DNA of 64,000 bases, from the NCBI GenBank assembly GCA_040384265.1, contig JAZKJM010000003.1:286711-350710 (forward strand), written 5' to 3'. Made by a program: the position numbers and the translations under genes. The DNA comes from Pseudomonadota bacterium. GTDB taxonomy: Bacteria; Pseudomonadota; Alphaproteobacteria; Rickettsiales; UBA3002. The notes beneath the pieces were generated by a model. The model did not search any database and had not been told where the DNA came from. It saw only the letters and a program-made list of their open reading frames with translations. Positions 1-9,141 of this stretch are shown here, piece after piece (position 1 is the stretch's first letter; the number at the start of each line of letters is the position of its first letter).

Positions 1-799
1 CCATGTCAGGCGCGGCGGCATCCGTGAGGAAGGTGGGTGCTTTGCCGATGGCGTCACCGATCTGCTCGCCGATGGTGCGGATGGTGAGCATCTCGGGCCC
101 GGCGATGTTGATGGTGTGGGCGCCGGTGAGGGTCCATGCGCGCGCAAGGCAGGCGACGGCGTCGCTGACATGCAGCGGGTTGATGGCGATGCCGTTTGGC
201 CCCTGCAGGGTAATGGGTTCACCGTTTTTGACGCGGGCGATGAGGCGCGGGATCAGCATGCTGTCGCGTTGCGTGGGACCATAGATGAAGAACGGACGCA
301 GGATGATGGGGGTGAGCTGCGCGGCGTAGGTGGTTACCAGCAGTTCGCTGGCGTATTTATTGGCGAAATAATGGGCGAGCGGACCGGGTTGGATGGCGAT
401 GGCCGAGGCCTCGGTGAGCGGTGTGGCGCTGGGTGCGTAGAGACCGCCGGTGGAGGTGAAAATGAAATGCTGCGCCCCGGCGCGACAGGCGTAGTCGAGC
501 AGGCGGGAGGTGGCGTCGGTGGTGACGGCGTAGATGTCGCGGGCGCGGGCCGGGAAGTCACGCATATGGGCGGATTGGGCGAGATGCAGCACGGCATCGA
601 TGCGGGCGGGCAGGCGGCTGTCATCCCAGGCGGTGGCGAGGTCGATGCGGTGGTAGGTGACGCCGGGCAAAGGATTCGCAGGCGGGGTGTGCACCAGCGC
701 GTGCAGGCTGTGCGTTTCATGCCAGGCGGCGATGGTCTGCTGGCCCAGCAAGCCGTTGGCGCCGGTGATGAGGAGGGTTTTGCGGGTGCTGGGATGCAT
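1..799 (-). CDS. NAD-dependent epimerase/dehydratase family protein (partial; C-terminus lies beyond the window edge)
   Basis: Own translation of the minus strand from ATG at 799-797 gives MHPSTRKTLLITGANGLLGQQTIAAW..., with a Rossmann GxxGxxG motif, and stays open to position 1. Its start overlaps the asnB-like stop in an ATGA arrangement. It is absent from the ORF track because it runs off the edge. Confidence 0.7.
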   Translation of the reverse strand, partial: MHPSTRKTLLITGANGLLGQQTIAAWHETHSLHALVHTPPANPLPGVTYHRIDLATAWDDSRLPARIDAVLHLAQSAHMRDFPARARDIYAVTTDATSRLLDYACRAGAQHFIFTSTGGLYAPSATPLTEASAIAIQPGPLAHYFANKYASELLVTTYAAQLTPIILRPFFIYGPTQRDSMLIPRLIARVKNGEPITLQGPNGIAINPLHVSDAVACLARAWTLTGAHTINIAGPEMLTIRTIGEQIGDAIGKAPTFLTDAAAPDM

Positions 800-2679
800 C
801 AGGCCATGAACCGGTTCAGGAATGTTTCGACGTTAAGCAGTGACCAAATAAATAGACGGCGATTCTGCTTGCCGTCCAGATGTTCCTGCACCAGCGTGCG
901 GATGGTCGCAGGGTCGAGGATGTCGTAGATACGCGGGTTGCCTTCAAGCAGCTGGCTGCGCACGTAATCGATGCTTTCGCCTTTGAACCAGCTGGCATCC
1001 GGCGCGGAGAAACCTTGTTTGACGGCGCCGGTGATGTCGCCGGGCAGGTAGCGGGCCATCACATCGCGCAGGATTTGTTTGCCGTCGTGGGTTTTCTCGA
1101 AATAATTGCCGGTTTTGTGGCCGGGCTCGTTTTCGTTGAGGCGCACCACTTCGCGCAGGTTGTTGAGCTTGAGGCTGACCGGGCAGCGCATGGCAAAATC
1201 GACCAGGTCGTTATCGAGGAACGGCACGCGCGATTCGAGGCCGTGGGCCATGCTGAGTTTATCCTCGACCACGAGCAGGCCGTGCAAGAAGGTTTTTGCT
1301 TCGAAATAGAGCGAGTGGTTGATGTAATCCTCCGGCCGCTCCAGCGTGTTGGCGTGGTTGGCGAACACGTCGCGGAAAATATCGCGGGTCTGGATATGGC
1401 CGACCTCGCCCCAGATGGGGGCGAAGAGTTTTTTGATGGCGGAGTTGGGGATGAGGCGCTGCCAGAAGATATAATACTGGTCGATGTAATGCTCGAAATT
1501 ATCGCTCGTGGCGGCGCGGTAATAGCGCCACGGGTAACCGGCGAACAGCTCGTCGCCACCGGCGCCCGAGAGCACGACCTTGACGAATTTACCGGCAAGG
1601 CGGGCGGCGTAATAGTTGGGATAAGACTGGCCGACGCGTGGCTCTTCGAGATGCCAGGCGAGGTTGGGCATGGCGCGTTCCATGTCGCCGGCTTTGAGTA
1701 CGAACTCGTAATGGTCGGTCTTGAAGCGGGCGGAGATGGCTTCGGCTTTGTGGCGCTCATCGAACGCCAGCTCGATGCCGGATGCCGAGCTGAGATCGAA
1801 GCCGCAGGTGAAGGTTTTGAGGTAGGGGTTCGCCGCTGCGGCAATCGCGGTGATGGAGCCTGAATCGATACCGCCGCTGAGGTAGCAGCCGATTTCGACA
1901 TCCGACATCATCTGGCGCTGCACGGCCTGGGCGAAGAGGCGGTCGAGCTCTTCGCGGTATTCCTCGGCGCTGATGGCGTGGTCGGGCTCGCGGAAATGGA
2001 AATCCCAGTAACGGGTGAGAGCGAGGGCAGGCGCGGCGCGCGTGGTGTCGAGCAGGGCGTAGTGACCGGGAGGCAGCAGCTGGATGTTCTGGATCAGCGT
2101 GCGGTCGGTAAAGATGTTCTGGAAGGTAAAATATTCGAGCAGCGCGGCACGGTCGAGCGTGTGGCGGAAACCGGGGATGGCGAGGATGGCTTTTTGCTCC
2201 GAACCGAAGGCGAATTGCTGGCCTTGCTGGCTGTAATAGAGCGGTTTGATGCCGTAGCGGTCGCGGGCGAGCAGCAGGGTTTTTTCGTGGCGGTCCCACA
2301 GCGCAATCGCGAACATGCCGTTGAAACGGCTAAGCGCGGCGGGGCCCCATGCAATCAGCGCGTTGAGGACGACTTCGCTATCGCTCTGCGAGCGGAAGCT
2401 GACGCCGCGCGCCTGCAACTCGTCACGCAATTCGCGGAAGTTGTAGACCTCGCCGTTATAGCTCAGCACATAGCGCCCATCGGTAGCGTGCATGGGCTGG
2501 GCGGCCTGGGCGGACAGGTCGATGATGGCGAGGCGGCGATGGCCAAGGCCGACATGCTGCTCGATCCAATGGCCTTCGCCATCCGGGCCGCGATGGGCGA
2601 TGGCATCGGTCATCGCTTGCAAGGTGGTGGGGGTGACGGCCGTGCCATCCAGCTGGATCAATCCGGCGACGCCGCACAT
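799..2679 (-). CDS. asnB: asparagine synthase (glutamine-hydrolysing), AsnB/WbpS-like amidotransferase
   Basis: 626 aa. N-terminal MCGVAG places the catalytic Cys at position 2 (class II glutamine amidotransferase). SGGIDS PP-loop motif is present. Length is typical of the family. Confidence 0.9.
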   Translation of the reverse strand: MCGVAGLIQLDGTAVTPTTLQAMTDAIAHRGPDGEGHWIEQHVGLGHRRLAIIDLSAQAAQPMHATDGRYVLSYNGEVYNFRELRDELQARGVSFRSQSDSEVVLNALIAWGPAALSRFNGMFAIALWDRHEKTLLLARDRYGIKPLYYSQQGQQFAFGSEQKAILAIPGFRHTLDRAALLEYFTFQNIFTDRTLIQNIQLLPPGHYALLDTTRAAPALALTRYWDFHFREPDHAISAEEYREELDRLFAQAVQRQMMSDVEIGCYLSGGIDSGSITAIAAAANPYLKTFTCGFDLSSASGIELAFDERHKAEAISARFKTDHYEFVLKAGDMERAMPNLAWHLEEPRVGQSYPNYYAARLAGKFVKVVLSGAGGDELFAGYPWRYYRAATSDNFEHYIDQYYIFWQRLIPNSAIKKLFAPIWGEVGHIQTRDIFRDVFANHANTLERPEDYINHSLYFEAKTFLHGLLVVEDKLSMAHGLESRVPFLDNDLVDFAMRCPVSLKLNNLREVVRLNENEPGHKTGNYFEKTHDGKQILRDVMARYLPGDITGAVKQGFSAPDASWFKGESIDYVRSQLLEGNPRIYDILDPATIRTLVQEHLDGKQNRRLFIWSLLNVETFLNRFMA

Positions 2680-2680
2680 G

Positions 2681-3529
2681 TCAGCTGCTCCGCTTAGTGG
2701 CGCGCAGGTAGAGGCCGTAGCGGTGGGGGTCGCCTTTGTAATCGTAGCGGGTGGTTTCCTCGATGGTCATGCCGGCGAGTGCGTCGATGAGTTCGCTTTC
2801 GCGGAAATGGTGGAAATGGACGGCATCGCTCATCAAATCGGCGTTATGGGTCCAGACCAGGCTGCACAGATAGAGTGACCCGCCGGGTTTGATGACGCGG
2901 TGGGCTTCGCGCAGGCCGCGCCGCCAATCCATGATATGGTCGAGGCTGGTGTTGAAGAGCGCGTTATCGAGCGCAGCATCCGCGAAAGGTAGGTATTCGC
3001 CGACGCCGATGAGGCGGAACGGCTCGGTGCGGATGCAGAAGGGGTCGAGGCCAATATAGCTGGCGGTGGGTGGCAGCAGGCTCGCGCCGATGAGCGGGTC
3101 GTCGCAGCCGATATCGAGCACGCTGCCGTGGGCTTGGGCGCACAGGGTGCGCAGGCGGAACAGGTGGCGCTGGTAATGGATGTTATCGGGCGCCGCGTTG
3201 ATCTCACCGGATTGCTTGATGGAGGCGAGCAGGAAATATTGCATGAAGGCGTCGTAATCGAGCGCGAAGGGCACTTGCAGGCGATCAGTAAACGCGTGGT
3301 GCAGGCGGGTGGGCAGCAGCAGGGGCACCTCGCTGCGCAGCGGGTAATCGTGGTCGCCGTCGTTCAGCCCGCTGGCGGTTTGGGTGAGTGGCTTGCCGGA
3401 ATCCGGCGAGGCCAGCAGCGGCAAGGTTTGCGCAAGGCTGAGGCGTGCGGCGTGGGCGGCGCGCGCGAGGTCGGCAACGGAAACGGTACGTGTATCCTCG
3501 ATGACGGCCGGGCGTGCGTGCGGCATCAT
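2681..3529 (-). CDS. class I SAM-dependent methyltransferase
   Basis: 282 aa. Motif I-like VLDIGCDDP and a post-I/II-like block VIKPGGSLYL. Start overlaps the upstream gene stop (ATGA), and there is a 1-nt gap to asnB. Confidence 0.65.
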   Translation of the reverse strand: MMPHARPAVIEDTRTVSVADLARAAHAARLSLAQTLPLLASPDSGKPLTQTASGLNDGDHDYPLRSEVPLLLPTRLHHAFTDRLQVPFALDYDAFMQYFLLASIKQSGEINAAPDNIHYQRHLFRLRTLCAQAHGSVLDIGCDDPLIGASLLPPTASYIGLDPFCIRTEPFRLIGVGEYLPFADAALDNALFNTSLDHIMDWRRGLREAHRVIKPGGSLYLCSLVWTHNADLMSDAVHFHHFRESELIDALAGMTIEETTRYDYKGDPHRYGLYLRATKRSS

Positions 3530-4527
3530 GCGGCCAGCCCCACGGCTTTGCGGCGGGTTTGCACTTCCGATTTATGGGCAGCGCGCCAGGCGATGAGGCG
3601 GCGCAGCCCTTCCTCGAGATCGATGGCGGCGGTGAAATCGATTTCCGCGCTGGCGCGTTTTGGGCAGCCGATGCGGTTGCGCACGAGGGTGGCTTGCGAG
3701 CGTGGGGCCAGCTGGATCGGCTTGGTGCTGCCGGTGAGGGTGAGCAGCATTTCAGCGAGCGTTTTGAGCGAGGTGCGCTTGCCGGTGCCGACATTGTAGA
3801 AGCGGTCGGCAGTGGTGGCTTTCATGGCGCACAGATTGGCGCGGGCGCAATCCTCGACGGCGACGAAATCGAAGGCTTCGCTGCCATCGCCAAGGATGGT
3901 CGGGCCGTCGCCGCGGTCGATCGCGTCGAGCATTTTCATGATCACGGCGATATAGGCGCCGTGGTAATCCTGGCGTGGGCCGTAGACGTTCATGTAGCGC
4001 AGGCCAACGAAATCGAGGCCGTAGCGGTGATGGAAGGCACGCATCATCGCCTCGCCGGCGATTTTGGTGGCGCCGTAAAAGTTTTTGTTGAGGAAGGGGT
4101 GATCCTCATCCATCGGCTCGCTGACGGCGTCGCCGTAAACCGAGGCCGAGGAGGAATAGACCAGGCGGCCGACTTTTTTCTCGACGCAGGCTTCCATGAC
4201 ATTGAAGGTGCCGCGCACGTTCACATCGAACGCGCTGCGCGGGAATTCGTGGCACTGCAGCAGCCACAGCGCGGCGAAATGGAAGACGCCGTGCGCGCCA
4301 TCGAGTGCCGCGTGCAGGATGTCGGTTTGCTGGATATCGCCACCGGCTTCGTAGATTTTGACGCGCGGATCGCGCAGGGCCTGGGCAAGGTTTTCTTCGC
4401 TGCCGCGGACGAAATTATCGTAAATGACGATTTCTTTGACGTCTTCGCGGGTCAGTAAATCGACCGTGTGCGAGCCGATGAGGCCAGCGCCGCCGATGAC
4501 TACGATTTTTTTGCCGGTGATGTCCAT
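3526..4527 (-). CDS. NAD-dependent epimerase/dehydratase (extended SDR, UDP-sugar epimerase-like)
   Basis: 333 aa. N-terminal VIGGAGLIGSH Rossmann motif. YGATK matches the SDR catalytic YxxxK. Confidence 0.85.
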   Translation of the reverse strand: MDITGKKIVVIGGAGLIGSHTVDLLTREDVKEIVIYDNFVRGSEENLAQALRDPRVKIYEAGGDIQQTDILHAALDGAHGVFHFAALWLLQCHEFPRSAFDVNVRGTFNVMEACVEKKVGRLVYSSSASVYGDAVSEPMDEDHPFLNKNFYGATKIAGEAMMRAFHHRYGLDFVGLRYMNVYGPRQDYHGAYIAVIMKMLDAIDRGDGPTILGDGSEAFDFVAVEDCARANLCAMKATTADRFYNVGTGKRTSLKTLAEMLLTLTGSTKPIQLAPRSQATLVRNRIGCPKRASAEIDFTAAIDLEEGLRRLIAWRAAHKSEVQTRRKAVGLAA

Positions 4528-4607
4528 GGTAGGGTCCTTCTTTTCCTGCGTGGAAGCTAAAGTGTAAGTGGCGGCTGGTCAAGATAAACGGGTGTCGGGG
4601 CAGTATG

Positions 4608-5666
4608 TTAGCGCGCGGCGAGGAAGGCTTTCAGCTGCTGTGCGATGCGGGCGCTGGCGTCGCCGTTGCCGTAATCGGCGATGTCGCGGCGTGGCTGGTA
4701 GTCCGCGACCGTCCAAAGGCGGTTCCAGCCGGCGGCGATGGTCTCGACCCATTCGGTCTCGTCACGCAGGGTGACGCAGGGGACGCGGTGGAAATAGGCT
4801 TCTTTTTGCAGCCCTCCCGAATCGGTGAAAACGGCGGTTGCATGGTGGACGAGCCAGGCCATATCGAGATAGCCCAGCGGGTCGATCAGGCGCAGATGCT
4901 GCGGTGCAGTGGGCAGCGCGGCGAGGATTTTGCGCGTGCGTGGATGAACGGGCATGACGATTTGCGTATGCGCTCCTTGCGCTTCCAGCCAGGCGATGAG
5001 GGCGGCGAACCGCTCCGGGCTATCGGTATTTTCGGCGCGGTGCAGGGTGCAGACGGCATAGGTTTTTGGGGCAAGCGCGAGATCCGCAAGGATGGTCGAT
5101 TGGGTGGCGGCGCGCTTAGTGGCATCGATCGTGGCATCCATCATCACATCGCCGACATGGGAGACGCCGTGGGTGATGTTTTCGGCAGCGAGATGGGCGA
5201 TGGCAGTCTCGGTCGGGCAGAAGAGCAGGGCGCTCATATGATCGACGAGGATGCGGTTGATTTCCTCCGGCATGGCGCGGTTGAAGGAGCGCAGGCCCGC
5301 TTCCACATGGGCGACCGGGATATGGAGTTTGGCGGCGGCGAGCGCCCCGGCGAGGGTGGAGTTGGTGTCGCCGTAAGTGAGCAGGGCGTCGGGTTTTTCC
5401 TGCAGCAAAATGGTCTCGACGGCTTCCAGCATGCGGCCGGTCATGGCGCCATGGCCGAGGCTGTTGATGGCAAGCTGGTGGGCGGGCGGCTCCATGCCCA
5501 GCTCGCGGAAAAATTGGCCGGACATGCTGTCATCGAAATGCTGGCCGGTATGGACGAGGATCTCGCGGATGCCCGCATCGCGCAGGGCGCGGCTGACCGG
5601 GGCGGCTTTGATGAATTGCGGGCGGGCACCGACGACGGTGACGACGGTGGGGGTGCGGCTGCTCAT
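4608..5666 (-). CDS. wecB: UDP-N-acetylglucosamine 2-epimerase (non-hydrolysing)
   Basis: 352 aa. N-terminal VVTVVGARPQFIKAAPV and the HVEAGLRS and TDSGGLQKEA blocks are characteristic of the WecB/MnaA family. Confidence 0.9.
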   Translation of the reverse strand: MSSRTPTVVTVVGARPQFIKAAPVSRALRDAGIREILVHTGQHFDDSMSGQFFRELGMEPPAHQLAINSLGHGAMTGRMLEAVETILLQEKPDALLTYGDTNSTLAGALAAAKLHIPVAHVEAGLRSFNRAMPEEINRILVDHMSALLFCPTETAIAHLAAENITHGVSHVGDVMMDATIDATKRAATQSTILADLALAPKTYAVCTLHRAENTDSPERFAALIAWLEAQGAHTQIVMPVHPRTRKILAALPTAPQHLRLIDPLGYLDMAWLVHHATAVFTDSGGLQKEAYFHRVPCVTLRDETEWVETIAAGWNRLWTVADYQPRRDIADYGNGDASARIAQQLKAFLAAR

Positions 5667-6439
5667 GCGGCGTGCTCGGTGGCGTTGGTGTTGCGCGACA
5701 GCTCGCCATACAGATCGAGGACCTCATCGACCTTGCCGAACATGCGGATATGGCCTTTTTCGAGCAGCAGTGCTTTGTTGCACAGATCGCGCAGAATGGC
5801 GGGGGCGTGGGAGGCCATGACCATGATGCGGGCCTGGTCGTAGAGCTGGTGGGCGCGCTCGGTGGCTTTGTGCAGGAAATGGGCGTCACCGGCGCCGATG
5901 GCTTCATCCAGCACCAGGATTTCCGGGGTGATGGAGGTTGAAACCGCGAAGGCGAGGCGGACGCGCATCCCGTCGGAATACATGCGCACGGGCAGGTTAA
6001 GGAACTCGCCCAGCTCGCAGAATGCTTCCACTTCCGGCGTGATGCGGGCGATGGTTTTTTTGTTCATGCCCAGAATAAGGCCCATGCCGCGGATGTTCTC
6101 GTAACCGGTTTTTTCGGGGTCGAGGCCGTTCATGAGGTTGAGCAGCACGGAAATGTCGCCATCGACCGTGAGCTTGCCCGAGGCGGTGGGCAGGAAGCCG
6201 CCGAGGGTTTTGAGCAGCGTCGATTTCCCGGCGCCGTTATGGCCGACGAGGGCGAGGCGGTCGCCGTCTTCCAGCGTGAAGGAAATATCGTGCAGCGCCT
6301 CGACATACGAGACGCGGTTGGACTCTTCGTAGATGCGCCCGCCGGTGGCCATGTTAACGAGGCTGTGGCGCAGCTGGCTGGTGCGCACGGCATAGAGCGG
6401 GTATTGGACGCAGACATTCTCAAAGACGATGCGGGCCAT
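5663..6439 (-). CDS. wzt: polysaccharide ABC exporter ATP-binding protein (Wzt/KpsT/TagH-like, short form)
   Basis: 258 aa. Walker A GHNGAGKST, ABC signature YSDGM, Walker B ILVLDE. Stop overlaps the wecB start (ATGA). Lies adjacent to an ABC-2 permease. Confidence 0.85.
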   Translation of the reverse strand: MARIVFENVCVQYPLYAVRTSQLRHSLVNMATGGRIYEESNRVSYVEALHDISFTLEDGDRLALVGHNGAGKSTLLKTLGGFLPTASGKLTVDGDISVLLNLMNGLDPEKTGYENIRGMGLILGMNKKTIARITPEVEAFCELGEFLNLPVRMYSDGMRVRLAFAVSTSITPEILVLDEAIGAGDAHFLHKATERAHQLYDQARIMVMASHAPAILRDLCNKALLLEKGHIRMFGKVDEVLDLYGELSRNTNATEHAA

Positions 6440-6442
6440 GGG

Positions 6443-7228
6443 CTATATCCAGAAAATCAGTTTGTAGCGCACGCGCTTATAGATGATGAGGCCAAGGGTG
6501 AGCACGACCACCATGGTACCCAGCGAGACAATATAGGAAAGCGCGGCAGGCGTGTGGCCCATCAGCGGCGCGCGGACGATCTCGATGAGATGGTAAAACG
6601 GATTCATATCGGCGATCCAGGTGTGTTTTTTTAACATCTCGCGCTGCCAGGCGATGGGGGTCATCAGCGGCATCAGCTGGCACAGCACGCCGGCGATGGG
6701 AAAAATATCGCGGTAGCGGGCGTTGCTGAGGCCAAATAGCAGGATGAAGCCGAACGACGTGGCGACATGGATCAGCAGGCCGGGGATGGCGAGGAAGGCC
6801 ATCCAGCCCGGCGGGTGGCCAATGCAGATCATCAGCAACAGGCAGACCGCGAGGTAATGGCCGTAGAGGATGACGTAGCGGATGAGGGCGCGCAGCGGGT
6901 AGAAGAAGAGCGGCAGCCGGGTGGCGTTGATGAGCGGCGCGGCACCCACGAACACGGTGGCGCCATCAAGGATGGAGAGGGAGAAGAATGTCCAGACGAA
7001 CATGCCGGTGGCGGTGCGTGGCAGGAAATCAGAGATGTTCTGGTTGAACAGCGAGGCCATGACCAGCGCCATCGCAAAAATCCAGGCGCAGGTGCTGAAG
7101 GTGAGCCAGATGGGGCCAAGCAGGGTGCGTTTATACTGCTGGCGGACATCGTCCCAGCCGAAATAGAGCAGGGCATCGTGGCGCTTGAGGGCGACCATTA
7201 AATCCTGTCTGACCATGGCAACGGACAC
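6443..7228 (-). CDS. wzm: ABC-2 type polysaccharide exporter permease (Wzm-like)
   Basis: Multi-TM protein with the RQQYKRTLLGPIWLTF block typical of ABC-2 permeases. Start is uncertain: the ORF opens at GTG 7288; GTG 7228 has GGAG 5 nt upstream; ATG 7216 is also possible. Confidence 0.75.
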   Translation of the reverse strand: MSVAMVRQDLMVALKRHDALLYFGWDDVRQQYKRTLLGPIWLTFSTCAWIFAMALVMASLFNQNISDFLPRTATGMFVWTFFSLSILDGATVFVGAAPLINATRLPLFFYPLRALIRYVILYGHYLAVCLLLMICIGHPPGWMAFLAIPGLLIHVATSFGFILLFGLSNARYRDIFPIAGVLCQLMPLMTPIAWQREMLKKHTWIADMNPFYHLIEIVRAPLMGHTPAALSYIVSLGTMVVVLTLGLIIYKRVRYKLIFWI

Positions 7229-7323
7229 GGGGGCTCCATTGAGTGAAGGTGGGCGGGGTGAAAACTGAGCCTCACATAATCTATCCACTTGCGGATTGGC
7301 AACATAAATGCAGTATGCCCTGC

Positions 7324-9141
7324 ATGTGTGGGATTGCTGGCATTATCGAGAAGCAGCGCGCGGCGGTGGATGAAGCGGCCCTGCGCGCGATGACGGCGCG
7401 CGTCGCCCATCGCGGCCCGGATGGTGAGGGTGTTGCCTGCCTTGGGCCGGTGGGGCTTGGCCATCGCCGCTTGGCGATTCTTGATCTCAGCCCGCTTGGC
7501 GCGCAGCCGATGGTCTATGGCACCACGGGCCTGACCATCATCCATAATGGCGAGATTTATAATTATAAGGAAATCCGCGCCGAGCTGGTGGCGCTGGGCT
7601 ATGGCTTCCAGTCGGAAACGGATACGGAGGTGATCCTCGCCGCCTATGATGCGTGGGGCGAGGGCTGCGTGACGCGCTTTAACGGCATGTGGGCGTTTGC
7701 CATCCATGATGCAAAACGCAACCGGGTTTTCTGCTCGCGCGACCGGTTTGGGGTGAAGCCGTTTTACTATCACGATGGCGCGCAGCAGCTGGTGTTTGGC
7801 TCGGAGATTCGCCAAATTTTGCCATTTCTGGAGCGGGTGCAGGCGCACCGCCCGGCGGTGGAGAATTTCCTCGTCACCGGGGGCAACGACCTCGGCACGG
7901 CGACATTTTTTGAAGGGGTGGTGCGCCTCGCGGCGGGGCATTCGCTGGTCTACGACCTCACGACGCACACCCACCGGATTGAGGCCTATTACACGCTGGT
8001 CCGCCCACGGTTAAGCACCCTGAGCCGCGACGAAGCAAGTGCCGCACTGCGTGCGCTGCTGGGCGATGCGGTGGCGCTGCGGCTGCGCTCGGATGTGAAG
8101 GTCGGCACCTGTCTTTCGGGCGGGCTCGATAGCTCGACGGTGGCCACGCTGGCATCCGAGTTATCGGCGGATGGGTCGTTCGCGGCGATCACGGCGGTGA
8201 GCGAGCAGGAAAGCAATAACGAAGTCGCCTACGCGCAAAAAGTGGCGAGCCATTGCGGACTCGACTGGTATCAGGTGAAACCGACCTATGAGGATTTTGT
8301 CGAGAGCCTGTCGGCGGTAGTCACCACGCAGGAGGAGCCGTTTGGCAGCGCCTCAATCGTGATGCAATATTGGGTGATGAAAACCGCGCGCGATAACGGC
8401 ATTCCGGTGCTGCTCGATGGGCAGGGCGGCGATGAATTGCTGCTGGGGTATGAGCGCTATTACGCAACATCGATCCTTTCAATGCTGCGCAGCAAAGGGC
8501 TGCGGGCAACGCTGCGCGAGATCCGCCAGATTCGCCGCCATAACAGCAAAATGCATGTGCTGAATATTGCGAAATATCTCTTCGGCGCGGCGAGTTCGCA
8601 TATTCGTTATGGCTATTACGGGCATTGCCACCGCTACCTGAAACAGCGCCCGGCGCGGCCGCAGCATTTGCAGGCGATGGCGCGCGCGGTGACAGATGTA
8701 TGGGGGCTGCAGGCGCTCGATATCACGACCACCAATTTGCCGATTTTGCTGCGCTTTGAGGACAAGAACTCGATGGCGCACGCGATTGAAACGCGGCTGC
8801 CGTTCCTCGATTACCGGGTGGTCGAAATGGCGCTGGCGCTGCCGGTAGATTATAAGATTCACGATGGCTGGTCGAAATGGATATTGCGCCATTGTATGCG
8901 CGAAAAAATGCCCAGCGAAATTGTCTGGCGCAAAAATAAATTCGGGTTCGAAGCGCCTGAAGGCATCTGGCTGAAGCGCCACGCGGCAGTGATGCAGGAA
9001 GCAGTGCTCGCCTCGCCGTTGCTCGGCGCGCTATCAGATCGCGCGAAGCTGGAGAAGCTTTACCCCACCCTCGATGCGCGCAGCCGGTTCAGGCTCTATA
9101 GCGTGGCGCTGTGGGAGTCTGCCTTCGCGGTGACGCTTTAG
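7324..9141 (+). CDS. asnB: asparagine synthase (glutamine-hydrolysing), second AsnB-like amidotransferase
   Basis: The track ORF opens at 7243, but the functional start must be MCGIAG at 7324 (catalytic Cys2). SGGLDSS PP-loop present. Divergent from wzm. Confidence 0.9.
   Translation: MCGIAGIIEKQRAAVDEAALRAMTARVAHRGPDGEGVACLGPVGLGHRRLAILDLSPLGAQPMVYGTTGLTIIHNGEIYNYKEIRAELVALGYGFQSETDTEVILAAYDAWGEGCVTRFNGMWAFAIHDAKRNRVFCSRDRFGVKPFYYHDGAQQLVFGSEIRQILPFLERVQAHRPAVENFLVTGGNDLGTATFFEGVVRLAAGHSLVYDLTTHTHRIEAYYTLVRPRLSTLSRDEASAALRALLGDAVALRLRSDVKVGTCLSGGLDSSTVATLASELSADGSFAAITAVSEQESNNEVAYAQKVASHCGLDWYQVKPTYEDFVESLSAVVTTQEEPFGSASIVMQYWVMKTARDNGIPVLLDGQGGDELLLGYERYYATSILSMLRSKGLRATLREIRQIRRHNSKMHVLNIAKYLFGAASSHIRYGYYGHCHRYLKQRPARPQHLQAMARAVTDVWGLQALDITTTNLPILLRFEDKNSMAHAIETRLPFLDYRVVEMALALPVDYKIHDGWSKWILRHCMREKMPSEIVWRKNKFGFEAPEGIWLKRHAAVMQEAVLASPLLGALSDRAKLEKLYPTLDARSRFRLYSVALWESAFAVTL

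Noticed and set aside
880-1863. Long ORFs antisense to, or out of frame with, confidently assigned genes. Examples: 116-928+, 880-1863+, 7198-7974-, 12773-14203-, 14146-15102-, 21093-22181-, 35705-37105+, 38302-39231+, 40881-41903+, 48121-49392+, 59647-60798-, 61754-63145+.
   Set aside because: These are typical shadow ORFs of high-GC DNA. The products are Arg/Ala/Gly/Pro-rich low-complexity sequences without motifs. Each is fully covered by a gene with clear family signatures on the other strand or frame.
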